NCBI GenBank assembly: GCA_037443085.1
Contig: JBBIPA010000004.1
Span: 15,353 to 79,352 of the forward strand
Reading direction: 5' to 3'
DNA: 64,000 bases
Source of the DNA: Chloroflexota bacterium
GTDB taxonomy: Bacteria > Chloroflexota > Dehalococcoidia > GIF9 > UBA5629
The notes beneath the pieces are model-generated. The model had not been told where the DNA came from. It searched no databases and worked only from the letters and a program-made list of their open reading frames with translations. The position numbers and the translations under genes were made by a program. Every line of letters begins with the position of its first letter. Position 1 is the stretch's first letter. Shown here piece by piece: positions 60,628 through 64,000 of the stretch.

Positions 60628-61233
60628 GTGACAGAGATGCTGCAGTTTCTTCAGGAATTTGGCTTGACCTTTGTCCCCCTTTTTGTTGCCATGGATGCCA
60701 TCGGGGTTCTGCCGATATTGCTGCCATTGACCGTGGATATGGATGGGCGCCAGCGTAATAGAGTAATACGATTAGCGATGATTACCGCTCTGGGGCTGGG
60801 CTTGGGTTTTGTGGTGGTGGGCAAGGGCATTTTTTTGCTTTTAGGCATTAAGGTGGCTGATTTCCTGGTTGCTGGCGGCATTATCCTGTTTCTGCTGGCA
60901 GCCAAAGATATCATCACCGGCAAGATGATGAGTGAACAGGATTTAGCAGGGGGTGGGGCCATAGGCGCTGTTCCTCTGGGCACCCCACTGATAGTAGGTC
61001 CAGCCGTGCTGACGACGCTGTTGATACTTATTGAGAAATACCCCATTTACATGGTGATAATTTCCTTCATCATCAATCTGGCAATTGCCTGGCTGCTTTT
61101 CATGCAGGTGAACCGGGTTATGAGGGTTCTGGGGCAGGCCGGGGCTAAAGTGATATCGAAGATAATCGGTCTATTTCTGGCAGCAATAGCCATAAAGATG
61201 ATCAGCCAGGGACTAGCGGAGATTCTGGGTTAG
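60628..61233 (+). CDS. MarC-family (UPF0056) integral membrane protein
   Basis: 201 aa, about 6 TM helices, MarC-like N-terminal region. Confidence 0.55.
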   Translation: MTEMLQFLQEFGLTFVPLFVAMDAIGVLPILLPLTVDMDGRQRNRVIRLAMITALGLGLGFVVVGKGIFLLLGIKVADFLVAGGIILFLLAAKDIITGKMMSEQDLAGGGAIGAVPLGTPLIVGPAVLTTLLILIEKYPIYMVIISFIINLAIAWLLFMQVNRVMRVLGQAGAKVISKIIGLFLAAIAIKMISQGLAEILG

Positions 61234-61324
61234 CCCTACTTTGCTAATTTCTTTAATAGCGTTATAATTTCCCTCTAGGCAAGCTTATCCATCCAATCTT
61301 GCTGTTGGAGAAAAGGAAAAGATA

Positions 61325-62815
61325 ATGAAATTTGTTCGTTTCCTGATATTGATTATGGTATTAGTGCTGGCGCTGAGCTGTAACGCGGTGCCGAAGCCAA
61401 CCCCGACGCCTTTCGACAGGGAAGTGCAGGAAAAGCTCCTTACCGAGATCAACTTTGATACCTGGGTACCCATGTCATTGAAGGTAAGCCCGGATGGGCA
61501 AACGGTAGCTTATGTCAACATGGTTGATAACAAGAAGGTTGTGGTGGTGAATGGCAGGGAAGATGAAAAAAAGTATGACCAGATTGCGGCGTATTTTCTG
61601 GCTTTTAGCCCGGATAGCCGAAGACTGGCATATGTGGCTCGCAGCGGAGAAGATGTGGTAGCTGTCATCGATGGTCAGGAAGGTAAGCCCTATGAAGAAA
61701 TCCCTATTGGGGGTTCCCCTGTTTTTAGCAAAGATAGTAAACGTGTTGCTTATATTGCTCTGCTCAAGAGCAGGTGGTTTGTAGTAGTCGATGGCCAGGA
61801 AGGGCTTCGCCTCGATGAGATTGCTCGGGATTCTCTGGCTTTCACGCCGGATAGCAAAGAGGTGGTGTTTGTTGCCCGAATTGGGAATAAGTGGGCCTTT
61901 CAGATGGGCATCAAAGGTGGCAAGCCCTATGATGCAATTGAGGCAACTTCGCTTATCTTCAGTCCGGACAGCAAGCGTTTTGCCTATATCGCCCGGGAGG
62001 GTACGAAGTCGATGGTGGTGGTAGATGAAAAGCCTGGAAAGCAATACGACGACATTTTGCCGGGCAGCCTCGTCTTCAGTCCAGATAGCCAGCGTTTTGC
62101 CTATGCTGCCAGGACTGGTGATAACTTAGTGGTAGTACTGGATGGAGAAGAGAGCAAGCCCTATAGCCAGGTTGACATTGGAGAGTACAGCTTCAGCCCG
62201 GACAGCAAGCGTTTTGCCTACGCAGCCTCAGCCGATAATAAAGGCTTTGTGGTTCTCGATGGAAAAGAGGGCAAGCCCTATTTTGGCATCGGTGTTGGCT
62301 CGCTTGTTTTCAGTCCGGACAGCAAGAGATTCGCTTATGCAGCGTTGCTGAAGGGATGCGTGCATTCGGTTATAGATAGGAAGAAAGACGAAGAGCTTCA
62401 TAAGGCTGAGGAAGAATGGTGTGTAGTGGCGGAGGGGAAGGAAGGGAAAGTGTATAATATGATTGGGAGTACTCTTATTTATAGCCCTGACAGCAAGCGT
62501 TTTGCCTATTTTGGTTGGGAGAAAGGCGGCTGGCTCCTGGTAATTGATGGCCAGGAATATCGGCAAAAGCAATATGATGGCGTTGGGAGCGCAGTGTTTA
62601 GCCCGGATGGCAAGCACGTGGCATTTGCTGCCAAGTCAGGTAAGAAATATTCCGTGGCGGTGGATGGGCAGGAAGGCAAACGATATGACGGTATTACCAC
62701 CCTTTTCGGCGCCAAGATTACCTTTGGTGCTGCTGGCAAATTGAGCTATCTTGCTGTGGACGGAAACAAGGTGTATCTGGTGGAAGAGAAGATAGCCGAG
62801 CGAGCTAAGCCATAA
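61325..62815 (+). CDS. Lipoprotein with about 11 tandem PD40/WD40-like beta-propeller repeats
   Basis: Signal plus lipobox LALSC. Repeating about 37-40 aa units FSPDSKRFAYAA...VVLDGKEGKPYD with near-identical 30-bp DNA repeats. Confidence 0.6.
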   Translation: MKFVRFLILIMVLVLALSCNAVPKPTPTPFDREVQEKLLTEINFDTWVPMSLKVSPDGQTVAYVNMVDNKKVVVVNGREDEKKYDQIAAYFLAFSPDSRRLAYVARSGEDVVAVIDGQEGKPYEEIPIGGSPVFSKDSKRVAYIALLKSRWFVVVDGQEGLRLDEIARDSLAFTPDSKEVVFVARIGNKWAFQMGIKGGKPYDAIEATSLIFSPDSKRFAYIAREGTKSMVVVDEKPGKQYDDILPGSLVFSPDSQRFAYAARTGDNLVVVLDGEESKPYSQVDIGEYSFSPDSKRFAYAASADNKGFVVLDGKEGKPYFGIGVGSLVFSPDSKRFAYAALLKGCVHSVIDRKKDEELHKAEEEWCVVAEGKEGKVYNMIGSTLIYSPDSKRFAYFGWEKGGWLLVIDGQEYRQKQYDGVGSAVFSPDGKHVAFAAKSGKKYSVAVDGQEGKRYDGITTLFGAKITFGAAGKLSYLAVDGNKVYLVEEKIAERAKP

Positions 62816-62839
62816 GGAAGACGAATTTGCGAGGTTTTG

Positions 62840-63301
62840 ATGAGGATAGGTGTGATTTCTGACACCCATCTGCATTCAGGCGAAGAGCTGCCTCGCGATA
62901 TAGTCACAGCCTTCTCTGACGTTGATTTGATAATCCACACTGGCGATTTTACTATGCTGCCGGTGCTGGGAGGCCTGCAAAAGATGGGGGAGGTAAAGGC
63001 GGTTCGGGGCAATATGGACTCCGCAGAAATTAGAGAGGTGCTTCCCGAGAAAGAACTCCTGGTGATTAACGGTAAGAGGATAGGCATTATCCACGGCTCA
63101 GGGCCTCCCTGGGGCATAGAAAACAGGGTGAGGGAACAATTCGACCAGGTGGACGTTATCCTCTTCGGGCATACGCATCAGGCAAAAAATGAGGTGATTG
63201 GCGGTGTGCTCTTCTTCAACCCCGGTCAGGCGAAAAACTCATATGGCATCCTGCAAATTGACGATGAGGTCGCCGGGCAGATAAAAAGCGTGCGGTACTG
63301 A
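62840..63301 (+). CDS. Metallophosphoesterase (YfcE/MJ0936-like)
   Basis: GVISDTH, GDF, GNMD, GHTH metallophosphoesterase motifs. Confidence 0.75.
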   Translation: MRIGVISDTHLHSGEELPRDIVTAFSDVDLIIHTGDFTMLPVLGGLQKMGEVKAVRGNMDSAEIREVLPEKELLVINGKRIGIIHGSGPPWGIENRVREQFDQVDVILFGHTHQAKNEVIGGVLFFNPGQAKNSYGILQIDDEVAGQIKSVRY

Positions 63302-63306
63302 GAATA

Positions 63307-63332
63307 TTGAAGGGGGCTTTCACCCCCTTCAA
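63307..63332. terminator. Bidirectional intrinsic-terminator-like hairpin between convergent genes
   Basis: TTGAAGGGGG-CTTTCA-CCCCCTTCAA, a 10-bp perfect stem. Confidence 0.6.
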
Positions 63333-63340
63333 AGAGGTCT

Positions 63341-64000
63341 TTATTCTCTGGCTGCGGACTTGTCCTTAGCCCCCGGCTTGGCTTCTCCTCCAGGTGCTTC
63401 CTCGGCGCCCTCTTCTGCCTCGGCACCTTCCACAGCCTTGGCTTCAACTGCCACCGGAGCCTCAACTTCATGCCGTGTCTCCACAGCTTTAATCACGATC
63501 TGCTCCGGGTCGCTGAGCAGGGTAATGCCTTCGCCCAAAGGGATATCTTTTACAAAAATTCCCTGGTCGGTATTTACCAGGCTGGACACGTCGACAGGCA
63601 GGTTATGAGGTAGGTGGTCGGGCAGAGCCTCAATATGTATGAAATCCAGAAGGTGAAGGAGGGAAACATTCTTTTTCTTGAGGGCAGGTGCCTCTCCTAC
63701 GAACACCAGCGGGATGTCAGCCTTAATTTTCTCGGTCATCTTGACCTGGTAGAAATCCACATGCAATAGGTCGCTGGTGACGGGGTGCCTTTGCACGTCA
63801 CGGATGAGCACCATGACAGGGGCGTCGCCGTCAGTGATGTTCAGCGAGATGAGGTCGGTTTTACCAGCGCTTGCCAGTGTCTGCTTGAGCTTCCTGGTAT
63901 CTACTGCAAGCGCCACCGAGTCCAGTCCATGGCCGTACATATTGGCTGGAGTGGTGCCCTGGCGGCGCAGAAAGCGTACTTTCTTGCCGGTTGCCTCACG
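63341..64000 (-). CDS. rplY: 50S ribosomal protein L25/general stress protein Ctc (N-terminus lies beyond window end)
   Basis: L25 beta-barrel sequence followed by an acidic/Ala-rich Ctc-type tail. The frame stays open upstream of the track Met (…LEATGKKVRFLRRQGTTPANMYG matches the L25 N-terminal consensus), so the true start is outside the window. Confidence 0.8.
   Translation of the reverse strand, partial: REATGKKVRFLRRQGTTPANMYGHGLDSVALAVDTRKLKQTLASAGKTDLISLNITDGDAPVMVLIRDVQRHPVTSDLLHVDFYQVKMTEKIKADIPLVFVGEAPALKKKNVSLLHLLDFIHIEALPDHLPHNLPVDVSSLVNTDQGIFVKDIPLGEGITLLSDPEQIVIKAVETRHEVEAPVAVEAKAVEGAEAEEGAEEAPGGEAKPGAKDKSAARE

Noticed and set aside
63938-63940. ATG called as start of L25 (rplY) by the ORF track
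   Set aside because: The frame stays open upstream and encodes the conserved L25 N-terminus (...LEATGKKVRFLRRQGTTPANMYG); this Met is internal, and the gene runs off the window.

Overview
The window is a 64 kb chromosomal segment from what looks like a strictly anaerobic bacterium. The gene content fits a Chloroflexi or Dehalococcoidia-like lineage, but that is an inference. Housekeeping content: the 3' end of the S10 ribosomal operon plus the str operon (L22 partial, S19, L2, L23, L4, L3, S10, EF-G, S7, S12, all minus strand), rubrerythrin, a UvrD/PcrA helicase, MutL, carB, gyrB, nadD, obgE, dnaA, fmt, mazG, tRNA-Pro(CGG), phosphoglycerate mutase, aspartokinase and gyrA. A large minus-strand operon (34.8-45.6 kb) encodes an archaeal-type CO dehydrogenase/acetyl-CoA synthase complex. 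It comprises acsE, cdhD, cdhA, cdhB, cdhC and cdhE, followed by a NuoE/NuoF-like flavoprotein pair, cooC, an exported rhodanese lipoprotein whose active-site region carries two in-frame TGA codons, and a hypothetical gene. Accessory and variable content is listed here. (1) A HigB/HigA module with an operator palindrome, next to a P-loop kinase and dCMP deaminase gene pair. (2) An operon of an FAD/NAD(P) oxidoreductase, a cytoplasmic Mo/W-bisPGD oxidoreductase (Cys ligand), a ferredoxin and a thymidylate-synthase-fold protein. (3) A REP/RAYT (IS200-like Y1 transposase) unit flanked by two REP-like palindromic elements, inserted with a small ORF between uvrD and mutL; a third solo copy of the same REP lies near mazG. 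(4) A low-GC Type II restriction-modification cassette (HNH endonuclease plus HTH-fused beta-class amino-methyltransferase). (5) Two loci of tandem heptanucleotide (GRATTTR) repeats. (6) Several lipoproteins: a CARDB-repeat protein, a PD40-repeat protein, and a SemiSWEET transporter. The strand-bias switch and AT-rich DNA around dnaA suggest the replication origin lies at about 49.6-51.4 kb. No rRNA or CRISPR array was seen.
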